DNA from: a virus
Taxonomy: Duplodnaviria; Caudoviricetes
DNA: 56,113 bases
Reading direction: 5' to 3' (one strand)
Virus record (IMG/VR): IMGVR_UViG_3300016722_000161
Location: 1 to 56,113 of that record
Shown piece after piece: positions 47,309 to 56,113 of the stretch. The notes below the pieces were generated by a model. It had not been told where the DNA came from. It made no database searches and worked only from the letters and a program-made list of their open reading frames with translations. Position numbers and translations under genes: made by a program. Within the stretch, counting starts at the first letter, position 1; every line of letters starts with the position of its first letter.

Positions 47309-49938
47309 GCAAAACTCAGAAGATGAGTTTAGGGGATGCCATCTTCAGCAACATCGATAATAATGACTTTTTGAATGAATTATACGACAATATTCTGTAC
47401 AATTATGCCCTTAAGAAACTTAACCTTGTTGGCAAACGCCAAATGCGCGACATTGATGTGACTGCGGCACTGCGTTTTGCCGACTTACTTTCAAAATCTA
47501 CCAATCAAGAAAACAGCGACAAACATAAAATGTGGGCGCAGGAAATTGTAAGTTTGCTGGACAGCATTTATGAGGATAATGCTGAAATCAGGCTCTATGC
47601 AGGTTCCGTATTTTCCAACACTGGAAATCACCGTGGAGTGGAATTGGTGCAGTCGAACTATGTTGCAACAGCGGCAATGGAAAAAATATTTTCTGCCTTT
47701 AGCACTGATTATTTAACAATTCCAGCCGCGCCGGACAAGCGGTTTCTTCGGGCGCAGAAAAACATATACGACCATTTGACTGATGACTACTTTAGCTATT
47801 CGGGTCCTACATCAATGGGCAAGTCGTTCATCATGCAGATGTTCATCAAAGACCAGATAATACACGGCGCAGAGAAAAATTATGCTCTTGTTGTGCCGAC
47901 CAAAGCGCTAATCAACGAAATCAGGAGCCAGGCTATAAACGAGTTAATGGGCTTGCTGGCGCTGTACAATTATCGTGTGGTTACCGCTGCTGGTGACCTT
48001 GCTTTAGAGGGCGAACACAATTTTATATTGGTTCTTACGCCGGAGCGGTTGCTTTATCTTATGATTAGTAAGCCGGAATTGCGCATTGATTACTTGTTCA
48101 TTGACGAAGCCCATAAGCTGTCGGGAAAAAACAGCCGCTCTCCGTTTTATTATAAGGTCGTCGATATGCTCGCCAGCCGCGAGAGCAAACCCCATGTGAT
48201 TTTTGCATCGCCCAATATTCCAAACCCAGAAGTATACCTGAAACTCCTTCCCGATGCGGATATTTCTGCTGATTGTAAGGTGGCTTCTTCCTATTCGCCG
48301 GTGTCGCAGGTTAAATTTTTAATGGATTTAAACGACCATTACTTCAGCATATACAACGAACACACACAGGAACTGGAAACAGTGAGTACCATAAAAAAAG
48401 AGGACGCCAAGCTGCTGGACTTTCTCATATTGTTTGATAGACAGGACAACCCGTCAAAGATGGAGGAAAAACAACGAACCATTATTTACTGCAGCGGTAA
48501 AGCGGATGCCGTTTCTCTTGCGCGAGAGTTTGCTGACCAACGGCAGAACTACCATGACGATGAACTGAGTGCTCTTGCAAAGGATATCCGAAATGAGGTG
48601 CATGGTGACTACTATTTGGCGGACATTCTCGAGAAAGGCGTGGCGTATCATATAGGATATCTGCCTTCTGCTATTCGCATGAGGATTGAGGATTTATTCC
48701 GTAAGGGCAAAATCAACACAATGTTTTGCACCAGTACCCTCGTTGAGGGTGTTAATCTTCCTGCGGACAACCTATTTATTACAAATTTTCGTAATGGACG
48801 CGCAAAAATGACGGCTGTGGATTTCCGCAATCTTATCGGTCGTGTAGGGCGAATTAAGTATAACCTTTATGGGAATGTATTCCTTGTCTGCGCTGGGGAA
48901 CGCATCAAGCAGGAGGAGTATATCAAGTTGCTTAAGCAAGAGGTGCCGGAGCAGAAACTCTCACTTGAGTCGGATTTAAAGCCGAAAGCGAAAAATCACG
49001 TAATACAGCAGCTTATTGCCGGGAATGTTGATTTTGGCAAACTAAAGAATCAAACAGAAGAAGAATCTATCATGATGCGGAAGTTCGGTTTAATTCTGTT
49101 GCGCGATATAGTCAATGACAGGAACAGTCTGGTCAGACGAGAATTTGCGTCTTTTATGGCTGATGGTGACGAGGAAAAAATCAAAGCAGCGTTTGCAGAT
49201 ACGATAGCTGTGCCAGATGATGATATTAATGTTTCTGTCGACCAAGCAAAACATCTCACTGCCGCCATTTATAGCGGCCTTGCATACCCACAAAAAAGTG
49301 GAGACGGGTTTGATTATGATGACGTCGTTGCTTTTCTTGAAAAACTGTGCAGAATTTTCAAGTGGGATAAATATGAGATGTCGACATTAGGGAAAACAAA
49401 CGAGTTAGGTCAACATCCTCTTCTTCGATGGTATGCCGTTATCCTGATTCAGTGGATGGAAGGTACCGGCCTAAGCAATATCATGAAAAAAGCCATTGAA
49501 TATAGGCAGGAACATCCAGATAACTTCTGGATTAACAATCACGAAAAAACCTATTACAATGACACACGCGAACACCGTAATATCGTTATTGCCGATACCT
49601 TGGAGGTAATTGAGAACATCATCCTATTCAGCATCTCAAATTACTTTTTGCGTTTTTCTAACGAATATAAGCGGATTCATGAAGTGCATGAATTCGACAA
49701 TAACTGGTACGAAAATGTCGAATACGGAACTACGAATCCGATTACGATTCAGCTCCAGCGCAATGGATTCTCCCGTGAAGCGGCTACATACATCCGGACG
49801 CATAGATCTGACTATGTTGTTGAGGATGAAAATCAGCAGATTAAACTACGGCGTTCTTTGCTGGAGTGCAGCAATAATAGCGTAAAAAAAGAGGCAGAGG
49901 ACATCCAGTACAATGTTCCGGGCATATTTATTGACTAA
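47305..49938 (+). CDS. hamB: Hachiman HamB Ski2-like helicase
   Basis: GPTSMGKS, TPER, DEAH, TSTLVEGVNLP, NLIGRVGR. Confidence 0.88.
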   Translation: MSKTQKMSLGDAIFSNIDNNDFLNELYDNILYNYALKKLNLVGKRQMRDIDVTAALRFADLLSKSTNQENSDKHKMWAQEIVSLLDSIYEDNAEIRLYAGSVFSNTGNHRGVELVQSNYVATAAMEKIFSAFSTDYLTIPAAPDKRFLRAQKNIYDHLTDDYFSYSGPTSMGKSFIMQMFIKDQIIHGAEKNYALVVPTKALINEIRSQAINELMGLLALYNYRVVTAAGDLALEGEHNFILVLTPERLLYLMISKPELRIDYLFIDEAHKLSGKNSRSPFYYKVVDMLASRESKPHVIFASPNIPNPEVYLKLLPDADISADCKVASSYSPVSQVKFLMDLNDHYFSIYNEHTQELETVSTIKKEDAKLLDFLILFDRQDNPSKMEEKQRTIIYCSGKADAVSLAREFADQRQNYHDDELSALAKDIRNEVHGDYYLADILEKGVAYHIGYLPSAIRMRIEDLFRKGKINTMFCTSTLVEGVNLPADNLFITNFRNGRAKMTAVDFRNLIGRVGRIKYNLYGNVFLVCAGERIKQEEYIKLLKQEVPEQKLSLESDLKPKAKNHVIQQLIAGNVDFGKLKNQTEEESIMMRKFGLILLRDIVNDRNSLVRREFASFMADGDEEKIKAAFADTIAVPDDDINVSVDQAKHLTAAIYSGLAYPQKSGDGFDYDDVVAFLEKLCRIFKWDKYEMSTLGKTNELGQHPLLRWYAVILIQWMEGTGLSNIMKKAIEYRQEHPDNFWINNHEKTYYNDTREHRNIVIADTLEVIENIILFSISNYFLRFSNEYKRIHEVHEFDNNWYENVEYGTTNPITIQLQRNGFSREAATYIRTHRSDYVVEDENQQIKLRRSLLECSNNSVKKEAEDIQYNVPGIFID

Positions 49939-49966
49939 ACAATCGCTTTAAGGGGGGGATCTTCAA

Positions 49967-50110
49967 ATGGCATCACGAGGGAAAAGTATCAATCTGTTTT
50001 TAATGGATGGTGAGCCGAGCGGACGCATGAAATGCACACTGGCAAACTGGACGGGCGTTGCATATAAGATTCCGCGTACCGCTTTAGACTTGTGCCTATA
50101 CTGCAGATGA
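49967..50110 (+). pseudogene. N-terminal fragment of a GIY-YIG/DUF4357-family protein
   Basis: MASRGKSINLFLMDGEPSGRMKCTLANWTGVAYKIPRT, then a stop after 47 aa; G-rich RBS upstream. Confidence 0.7.
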
Positions 50111-50226
50111 GCATAGTGAAAAAGTACGATACTATTTGAACGATTCGTTGCTGTGAGAGAATATCGCAGTCGAGTGCATGACCACATTTGTGGATGTGAT
50201 GGATTTTAATGGAAGGGGGTCAGTTT

Positions 50227-51450
50227 ATGTCAGATCGGACACATGTGCCAGATAAACTTCAGGGGTATTTGATCCAAGTACGTCATATGCTGTACGAACT
50301 TATATCCCTTGATTTGGAGCACATTGTTAGCATAGAGGCCTATGACGATATCGCCATAGAAACGGAAGATTCCATTATTGCGGAGCAAATAAAGAGTGTT
50401 ACGTCAGATAATAACCCTATGGCTAACCGCGCCACAGTATTTTGGAAAACCCTGTATAATTGGTGTACGTATATTAGCTCAAACGCATTACCCACAAAAG
50501 CGATTGTCTTACGCTTCATTACCATCTCTGACAGGGATATAACTATTGGCTCTATTCCAAAATCATTTGATGATGCGATTACGGATGATCAGGCAAAAGA
50601 GGCATTAGAAAAAGCCAGGAAGGAATTATACGTTGCAGAAGATGGCAGTCCAAAAGAAATTGCAAAATCGTATAAAGAGTATGTGGATTATTTGTTTTCT
50701 GACGTTAATGAAGGAACGGTTATTGCGGTTATAAAAGCCTTGTCGATAGAAGTCCATGTGGCGGACTACGATGATAAACTGAAAAAGCGATTCAACAGTC
50801 AGCTTATTCCAGTGGAATATGCCGATGAACTTTTTGAGTATATGCTGGGTTGGGTAACTGACGAGGTGCAATCGCAGACTAAAGCCAATAAACCTGCTTA
50901 TATTTCGGTTGAAAAATATCGAGATGCATTACAGGCACAAATTCGCGGCAAGGACTTAAATCGAATTTTTGCAGCTGTTTCTACTATGCCGAGCAACGAA
51001 CGGATGGCGGCTGAAATAGATCGTCAAGATACATATATAAAGCAGTTAAGCTTTATCGAGGTGGAATCCACCGACATTTTTACAGCTGCAAGTGATTTTT
51101 TACGTGCGAGTACAGAAAAAACAGCTTGGGCAAAAAAGGGGATCGTTATTCCGCAGAGCTTTGATGACTATTACGATGGATTAATGCGGACATGGCGAAC
51201 CCAGCAGCGACTCATTGCATTAACATCAACATCCACTGATGTAGAAAATGGACAAAAACTGTATTATATCTGTGGTGATGCTGGTCGAAGTCTGAAACTG
51301 CAAGGCAATGAACTACCTCCTTTTTTCGGAAGCGGTTGTTTGCATTCGCTTGCCAACGAACCATCAGACAAGCCGCAAATCGGATGGCACCCACAATATA
51401 TCCAGCTATTAGAACAGGAGGCTCATGACGATGAACAGTCTGACACATGA
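50227..51450 (+). CDS. lmuA: Lamassu effector LmuA (PD-(D/E)XK nuclease plus ABC-3C C-terminal domain)
   Basis: GYLIQ...SIEAYDD...EQIK...FWKTLYNW; C-terminal GCLHSLA..IGWHP. Confidence 0.8.
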   Translation: MSDRTHVPDKLQGYLIQVRHMLYELISLDLEHIVSIEAYDDIAIETEDSIIAEQIKSVTSDNNPMANRATVFWKTLYNWCTYISSNALPTKAIVLRFITISDRDITIGSIPKSFDDAITDDQAKEALEKARKELYVAEDGSPKEIAKSYKEYVDYLFSDVNEGTVIAVIKALSIEVHVADYDDKLKKRFNSQLIPVEYADELFEYMLGWVTDEVQSQTKANKPAYISVEKYRDALQAQIRGKDLNRIFAAVSTMPSNERMAAEIDRQDTYIKQLSFIEVESTDIFTAASDFLRASTEKTAWAKKGIVIPQSFDDYYDGLMRTWRTQQRLIALTSTSTDVENGQKLYYICGDAGRSLKLQGNELPPFFGSGCLHSLANEPSDKPQIGWHPQYIQLLEQEAHDDEQSDT

Positions 51451-51922
51451 AATTGACAATGTTCAAAATCCAGCAATTGGTGCTGCGATTCTATGGCGCT
51501 TTGTTTGTGGTTATTATACGACCGAGAAAAACCCGGTGCCTTTCCCGCTCCTCTTCATCGTGCTTCCAATGATATTTCGAGAAGATCTCTGTGATATTAT
51601 CAAAGGAACTCAAAAAGGTAAGGGACTATCAAAAGTTTCAGAAAAATTGTTTAAAGACAAGAAAAATGACAATCTTTATTCAATAAACAATACTGCGATT
51701 GCATTGCGACAAAAATCTCTTGAATCGATATGCATTGCGGAGAACGCAAAACTATTTACATTAGATGTGGAAACAGCATTAGTCTTTCCGTTGATTGAAG
51801 CAAAGAAAACCACCGTTTCATCATCCACCAAAACGCTATTGGATGCCGCAGATAAGCTGGGGTTATGGTGTTCTTCATTAAGCTTACTTGAAATTTGCGA
51901 CTGGTTGAAAGTGAGGTTCTGA
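51425..51922 (+). CDS. lmuC: Lamassu middle component LmuC
   Basis: QNPAIGA..LW.F..GY, LLFIVLP, KLGLW; lies between the effector and the ATPase. Confidence 0.8.
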   Translation: MTMNSLTHEIDNVQNPAIGAAILWRFVCGYYTTEKNPVPFPLLFIVLPMIFREDLCDIIKGTQKGKGLSKVSEKLFKDKKNDNLYSINNTAIALRQKSLESICIAENAKLFTLDVETALVFPLIEAKKTTVSSSTKTLLDAADKLGLWCSSLSLLEICDWLKVRF

Positions 51923-51923
51923 T

Positions 51924-53894
51924 ATGAAGTTTTCAATAGATGCGGTGCTTCTTTGGCCCAAAAAAGCAGGATTTACATATCGCAAGCTTCAATTCCAAGA
52001 CAATAAAATAAATGTTATAACGGGTTCATCTCGTACAGGAAAATCTTCTATCATCCCAATTATCGATTATTGTTTAGGAACTGAAAAGTGTGCTATACCT
52101 GTCGATACTATCCGCAACGCTTGTGAATGGTTTGGCGTTTTATTCAACTTGGAAAATGAGCAGCTGCTTCTTTGCCGCCGTGAACCGGGAAATCAGAGTT
52201 CAACAAATGAAATGTATATATCACGGGCTGTGAAGGTGGAAATACCAGATGCTGTAGAGTCTAACACAAATAAAGATGCTGTAAAAAATGTGCTTAACGA
52301 GTTGTTTTCAATGTCTTTTCTCGACCTTGACCCAACAAATAACAACTATTCTTCGCGACCTTCTTACCGGGATTTTATGGCTTTTCTTTTCCAGCCACAA
52401 AATATTGTTGCAAACGCAGATGTGATGTTTTATAAAGCTGATACTACCGAGCATAGATTAAAACTGATCAATGTTTTCCCTTATGCCTTAGGGGCAGTCA
52501 CGCCCCGTATATTAGCTGCCCGGCAAGAAATCGAAAAATTAAAGAAGCAGCGGGAGCGTGTCCAGCGAGATATTGACACGATAAAAAATGTATCAGAAAG
52601 TTGGAAACAAGAAGTACGGGGCTGGTTATCTCGTGCAAGAGAATTTGGATTAACTACATTCACCGAATCAGATAACACAACTTTTGAGGAGCAGATAGAG
52701 CAGTTGGGATTAATTGCCGAAAAGACCGAGGTCGACTCAACAATTATCGCCACCAACATTAGAGACCTTTCCGATGAAATAGTGGCTTTGCGTAAGGAAG
52801 AACAGGAGATTTCATCGCAACTGTTTGCTTTGCAAAAACGGCATTCGGAGATGGTGCAGCTTAAAGATTCGATGAGTCAGTATGATGATTCTCTACAAAT
52901 ACAAGTGGAAAGGTTAGAAATATCTGATTGGCTGCGTTCAATGTCGATGGCGCAAGATGTTTGTCCATTTTGCAAAACGGTTCATCCTGGTGCGACGGAA
53001 ACACTGGATATACTATGCAATGCTATCAAAAGCATAGAACAACAGGCCGGTGATATGAAAGTCGTGCCTGCTGCATTTGAAAGAGAACTGCAATCGGTAG
53101 AAACAGAAATGCAGTACTTTGCAGAGAGGCTTGCTGCTATTAGAAATAGGCTGAATGAAGAAAGCGGTCGACATACGGACAATTCTGAAAAGAAATATAC
53201 ACTGACCTCCATCTCAAGATTTCTTGGCAAAATGGAGGCAACTATACATACTTATAGTCGTATAGGAAAAGACAACGACTTGGCGCAGCACCTTGACTCA
53301 CTCAATGATAGAATCAGCGAACTGGCGCGGTTAATAAACGAAAGAGAAATCCAGAAGAAACAGGATGCTGCGTTAAGCTATATAAATTTGGAAGCCGGAA
53401 AAATTGTCGCATCTCTCGATGCTGAACACCCGGATTCCCCAATTGAATTCATTATAAAAGACCTAACAATACGGGTAAAAACACAAAGTGGGAGAAATGA
53501 TTATCTTTGGGAAATTGGTAGCGCATCAAACTGGCTGGCTTATCACATTGCTGTAATATTAGCATTTCAACAGTATTTTCAAAGTAAAGGTAAAGTTCAT
53601 GTCCCTAATTTTGTAATTTTTGATCAACCCAGCCAAGTGTACTTTCCACGAGTGGTAACTAAAATAACTGCTGATGAAAATGCAGAAGAAACGATGTTGG
53701 ATGATGAGGACAAGCTGGCTGTCAAAAAGATTTTCTCTGCCATGGATACTTTCTTAAAGACTTCGAAAGCCGATGTTCAAATTATTGTCACCGAACACGC
53801 CGATGAGGATGTTTGGGGTGGGATTCCCTCAGTTCATGTGGTGGAAAAATGGCGCGGAAATGACAAAAAATTAGTTCCTGTTGAGTGGCTATAA
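51924..53894 (+). CDS. lmuB: Lamassu SMC-like ATPase LmuB (DUF3732)
   Basis: Walker A GSSRTGKS, coiled coils with CPFC zinc hook, IGSASNW, FDQPSQVYF. Confidence 0.88.
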   Translation: MKFSIDAVLLWPKKAGFTYRKLQFQDNKINVITGSSRTGKSSIIPIIDYCLGTEKCAIPVDTIRNACEWFGVLFNLENEQLLLCRREPGNQSSTNEMYISRAVKVEIPDAVESNTNKDAVKNVLNELFSMSFLDLDPTNNNYSSRPSYRDFMAFLFQPQNIVANADVMFYKADTTEHRLKLINVFPYALGAVTPRILAARQEIEKLKKQRERVQRDIDTIKNVSESWKQEVRGWLSRAREFGLTTFTESDNTTFEEQIEQLGLIAEKTEVDSTIIATNIRDLSDEIVALRKEEQEISSQLFALQKRHSEMVQLKDSMSQYDDSLQIQVERLEISDWLRSMSMAQDVCPFCKTVHPGATETLDILCNAIKSIEQQAGDMKVVPAAFERELQSVETEMQYFAERLAAIRNRLNEESGRHTDNSEKKYTLTSISRFLGKMEATIHTYSRIGKDNDLAQHLDSLNDRISELARLINEREIQKKQDAALSYINLEAGKIVASLDAEHPDSPIEFIIKDLTIRVKTQSGRNDYLWEIGSASNWLAYHIAVILAFQQYFQSKGKVHVPNFVIFDQPSQVYFPRVVTKITADENAEETMLDDEDKLAVKKIFSAMDTFLKTSKADVQIIVTEHADEDVWGGIPSVHVVEKWRGNDKKLVPVEWL

Positions 53895-54136
53895 TGCCTC
53901 ACCCGCCACACGGCGTTGATTGCGGAATGACGCATAAAGATCCTGATTTGATTGATAGTATTGGCTTCAAACCCTCGCAAACGATTTATACCCTCGACGA
54001 GAAGCAACTGCAAATAGTAAAAGAAATTGTTGCGAACAACCGATTTAAAGATGAGAATATTGAATCTTGCAATGATGGGCTTGTTCGCGCAATATTACCG
54101 CATCAAGCGAGATGCATATTAGCTATGAGAATTTGA
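53894..54136 (+). CDS. Hypothetical 80-aa protein
   Basis: ATG overlaps the lmuB stop (TAATG); no recognised motif. Confidence 0.35.
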   Translation: MPHPPHGVDCGMTHKDPDLIDSIGFKPSQTIYTLDEKQLQIVKEIVANNRFKDENIESCNDGLVRAILPHQARCILAMRI

Positions 54137-54151
54137 TAGGAGGTAATGGTT

Positions 54152-54394
54152 ATGCCAGCAGTAGTAGTGAAAAAAGAAGAAAAGGTCGCAGCAGTATTTG
54201 CATCAATGAGCAATTTAGATGATATGCAGGAATTCAAGATCAAATTCAAAGAAATGTTTCCGCGGGAATGGCAACACATTAATTCGGTATACCAAAAAGA
54301 AGAACGCGCTGATATAAAGCACAAGGGTCATCCAATGCCCGAACCAGAGAAATACCTCGAAAATATGTATAAAGTAGCACGGAGTAAGCACTAA
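54152..54394 (+). CDS. Hypothetical 80-aa protein
   Basis: AGGAGG RBS; FKEMFPREW...KGHPMPEPEKYL. Confidence 0.7.
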   Translation: MPAVVVKKEEKVAAVFASMSNLDDMQEFKIKFKEMFPREWQHINSVYQKEERADIKHKGHPMPEPEKYLENMYKVARSKH

Positions 54395-54401
54395 CTCTCA
54401 A

Positions 54402-54410
54402 TGGTATAAT
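54402..54410 (+). promoter_or_regulatory. Extended -10 promoter for the last gene
   Basis: TGgTATAAT about 110 nt upstream of ATG 54521. Confidence 0.45.
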
Positions 54411-54520
54411 GATTGATACCCTCGCTTACAATTTGTCAGCAAAAGTATATCGAATATTATGGTTTTGGTTTCAAGTGTTCTTTCGTATTTGAGTAGCCAA
54501 CTTGGGGAAAAGGAGGAGAA

Positions 54521-56113
54521 ATGGATATTCGTGAAATTGAAAAGGTTATTGACAATTTACATAAGAAGCACCCTGCTTTTTCCGGAACGAAAGAACAGGT
54601 AACGTATGAATTGTTGTCTGCTTTTGAAGACCTATGCTCTCTCACGGTAATAAGCAGCATGTTGAATCCATTGGCTCTAAGAAAGATAACAGATCATATG
54701 GATGCTCTAAACCAGGCATTGTATTGGGTTGAAAAAAGTGACTTACCCACTTCAACCGTGCAAATCGCTACCGATATTTCAGAAGAGAGATACAATCAGT
54801 GCGTTTCTCTACTTATTGATTATGCGTATCCATACTCAGTGATATGTAGCGGCTATATTTCATTTTCAAGGAATCGGTTAGTAGCCAAAGTTGATGCCAA
54901 CACAGTTACTTTTGATTTTCCGGCGGATCATAATAATTCTGTGTGGAGTGATATTCTCAGAGAAGCTAGCCAGTCGACACTTGGCAGTTTTATGGATTGT
55001 ATTAATCCGGTAAAGATTGCAAAGGCTAATGCAGTATTACAAAAAAGAATTCGCATTGAGGACGGATGCCTGTGTTACGAATTAACAAACGAAATAATAG
55101 ATCCATTTTTTGAAATTGCAAACGAACAATGGAATTCTACAAAAACCTTGCCCGACTCATGGAAGTTTGACCTGTTTACATTAGATGACTATCGGCAAGC
55201 ATGGACATGTATCGCAGTACTTTGCTACATACATTTTTTCAGCTGTATTACAATAAAAGACCCGTTAATCAGATTGCGAAATAGCACAATAATTCTGCCG
55301 ATAAGCAAGATAGTAGACTATATTGTATCGATAAGCGGATTGAAAAAAGAATCGGTCGAGAGTATTGTGAAATACATTACTTTTGAACCGTCCAAGCGTA
55401 ATGTAGATATCATGTATCAGCCGATAACCGTGCTTAGTAATGAATTAGCGATCATCGCCCCTATGTTGTTTCTTGGCTCCCGCCCGGAACGGAATCTACT
55501 TGCAGTTGTAAGTTCAAAAAGCGATTCGGAGCACTCAAAAGAGGTAAACGATTTAGAAGATTTGATGGTACAGGAAATAGAGGCTGCTATCCCAGGTGCA
55601 ACTACTCTAAAACTCGCAAAGCATAAAAACCTTGGTGGGCGCTTGCCTGATGTGGATTTTGGACTGTTGGATGCGGCCTCAAACGCTGCCTTGCTATGTG
55701 AACTTAAGTGGTTTGCTGCCGCGGATTCCTCAAAGGAGGTATATGCCCGAGAAGATGAGATTACTCACGGCTGTAAACAATCTGAATCAATTATGACGTA
55801 TGCCATGAGTGATCGGAAACGGTTTATTAAGCAAGTGTTTGACGTTGACGATGGTGACAGTTTTGATTTGTTTTGTTGTGTAGTTGCAAGGCATAATATT
55901 AGAACTCAGCATAAATACATCCCTGTAATTGACTTGAAAAAGCTAAAGGAATTATTTTCGAGCAAACCAATTAGCAGTGTGTTCCATGCTATCCGTAACC
56001 ACGAATACGAGGAATCCCTGCCTGAGGACGCATCAATAACACACCAGGTCATAAAGTATGGGGATTTTACGTTTAAAATACCTGCGATTTGTTTCGAATC
56101 AATGCCACTATAA
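54521..56113 (+). CDS. 530-aa protein with C-terminal PD-(D/E)XK nuclease-like domain
   Basis: RBS AAGGAGG; LPDVDFGLLD...LLCELKW...G.KQ. Confidence 0.75.
   Translation: MDIREIEKVIDNLHKKHPAFSGTKEQVTYELLSAFEDLCSLTVISSMLNPLALRKITDHMDALNQALYWVEKSDLPTSTVQIATDISEERYNQCVSLLIDYAYPYSVICSGYISFSRNRLVAKVDANTVTFDFPADHNNSVWSDILREASQSTLGSFMDCINPVKIAKANAVLQKRIRIEDGCLCYELTNEIIDPFFEIANEQWNSTKTLPDSWKFDLFTLDDYRQAWTCIAVLCYIHFFSCITIKDPLIRLRNSTIILPISKIVDYIVSISGLKKESVESIVKYITFEPSKRNVDIMYQPITVLSNELAIIAPMLFLGSRPERNLLAVVSSKSDSEHSKEVNDLEDLMVQEIEAAIPGATTLKLAKHKNLGGRLPDVDFGLLDAASNAALLCELKWFAAADSSKEVYAREDEITHGCKQSESIMTYAMSDRKRFIKQVFDVDDGDSFDLFCCVVARHNIRTQHKYIPVIDLKKLKELFSSKPISSVFHAIRNHEYEESLPEDASITHQVIKYGDFTFKIPAICFESMPL

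Larger units (their letters stand above)
1363..56113. mobile_element. Prophage (siphovirus, HK97 head, serine-recombinase integration) with attached defence island; right end not seen
   Basis: Complete integration-lysis-tail-head-packaging-replication gene order on the minus strand, 1626-38464; GC content rises after about 1400; a divergent cargo operon follows. Confidence 0.85.

Noticed and set aside
54411-54470. TTGATAC near the right end as the second att site
   Set aside because: Lacks the flanking arm seen at 1364-1412, and cargo-like genes continue past it

Overview
The window reads as Firmicutes (Clostridia-like) DNA in three blocks. (1) 1-1335 is AT-rich and holds a frameshifted carbon-nitrogen hydrolase. 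It ends at a displaced 3' fragment of tmRNA (1336-1362), which suggests a separate island inserted in ssrA to the left. (2) About 1363-38650 is a siphovirus-type prophage, almost all on the minus strand. It carries two large serine recombinases, lysis genes, a tail with a -1 frameshift chaperone, an HK97-type head and a terminase whose two subunits are separated by MetK and two DNA methyltransferases. It also has HNH, a late activator, a PolA/primase/SNF2 replication module and a sigma-like regulator. (3) 38738-56113 is a plus-strand defence cargo: a repressor-position protein with an NBR1-type Ig domain, type I RM with a half-size HsdS and an AbiJ-like gene between hsdS and hsdR, Hachiman, Lamassu and orphan genes including a 530-aa PD-(D/E)XK protein. 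The most notable unannotated signals are three copies of a promoter-like motif whose 3' box also pairs with the downstream Shine-Dalgarno (a probable phage-sigma regulon with translational locks), a structured leader that hides the sigma gene's own RBS, and an overprinted SD-bearing gene inside the C5 methyltransferase. Family names come from recognition of motifs and gene order; no database searches were run. The right end of the element is not visible in the window.
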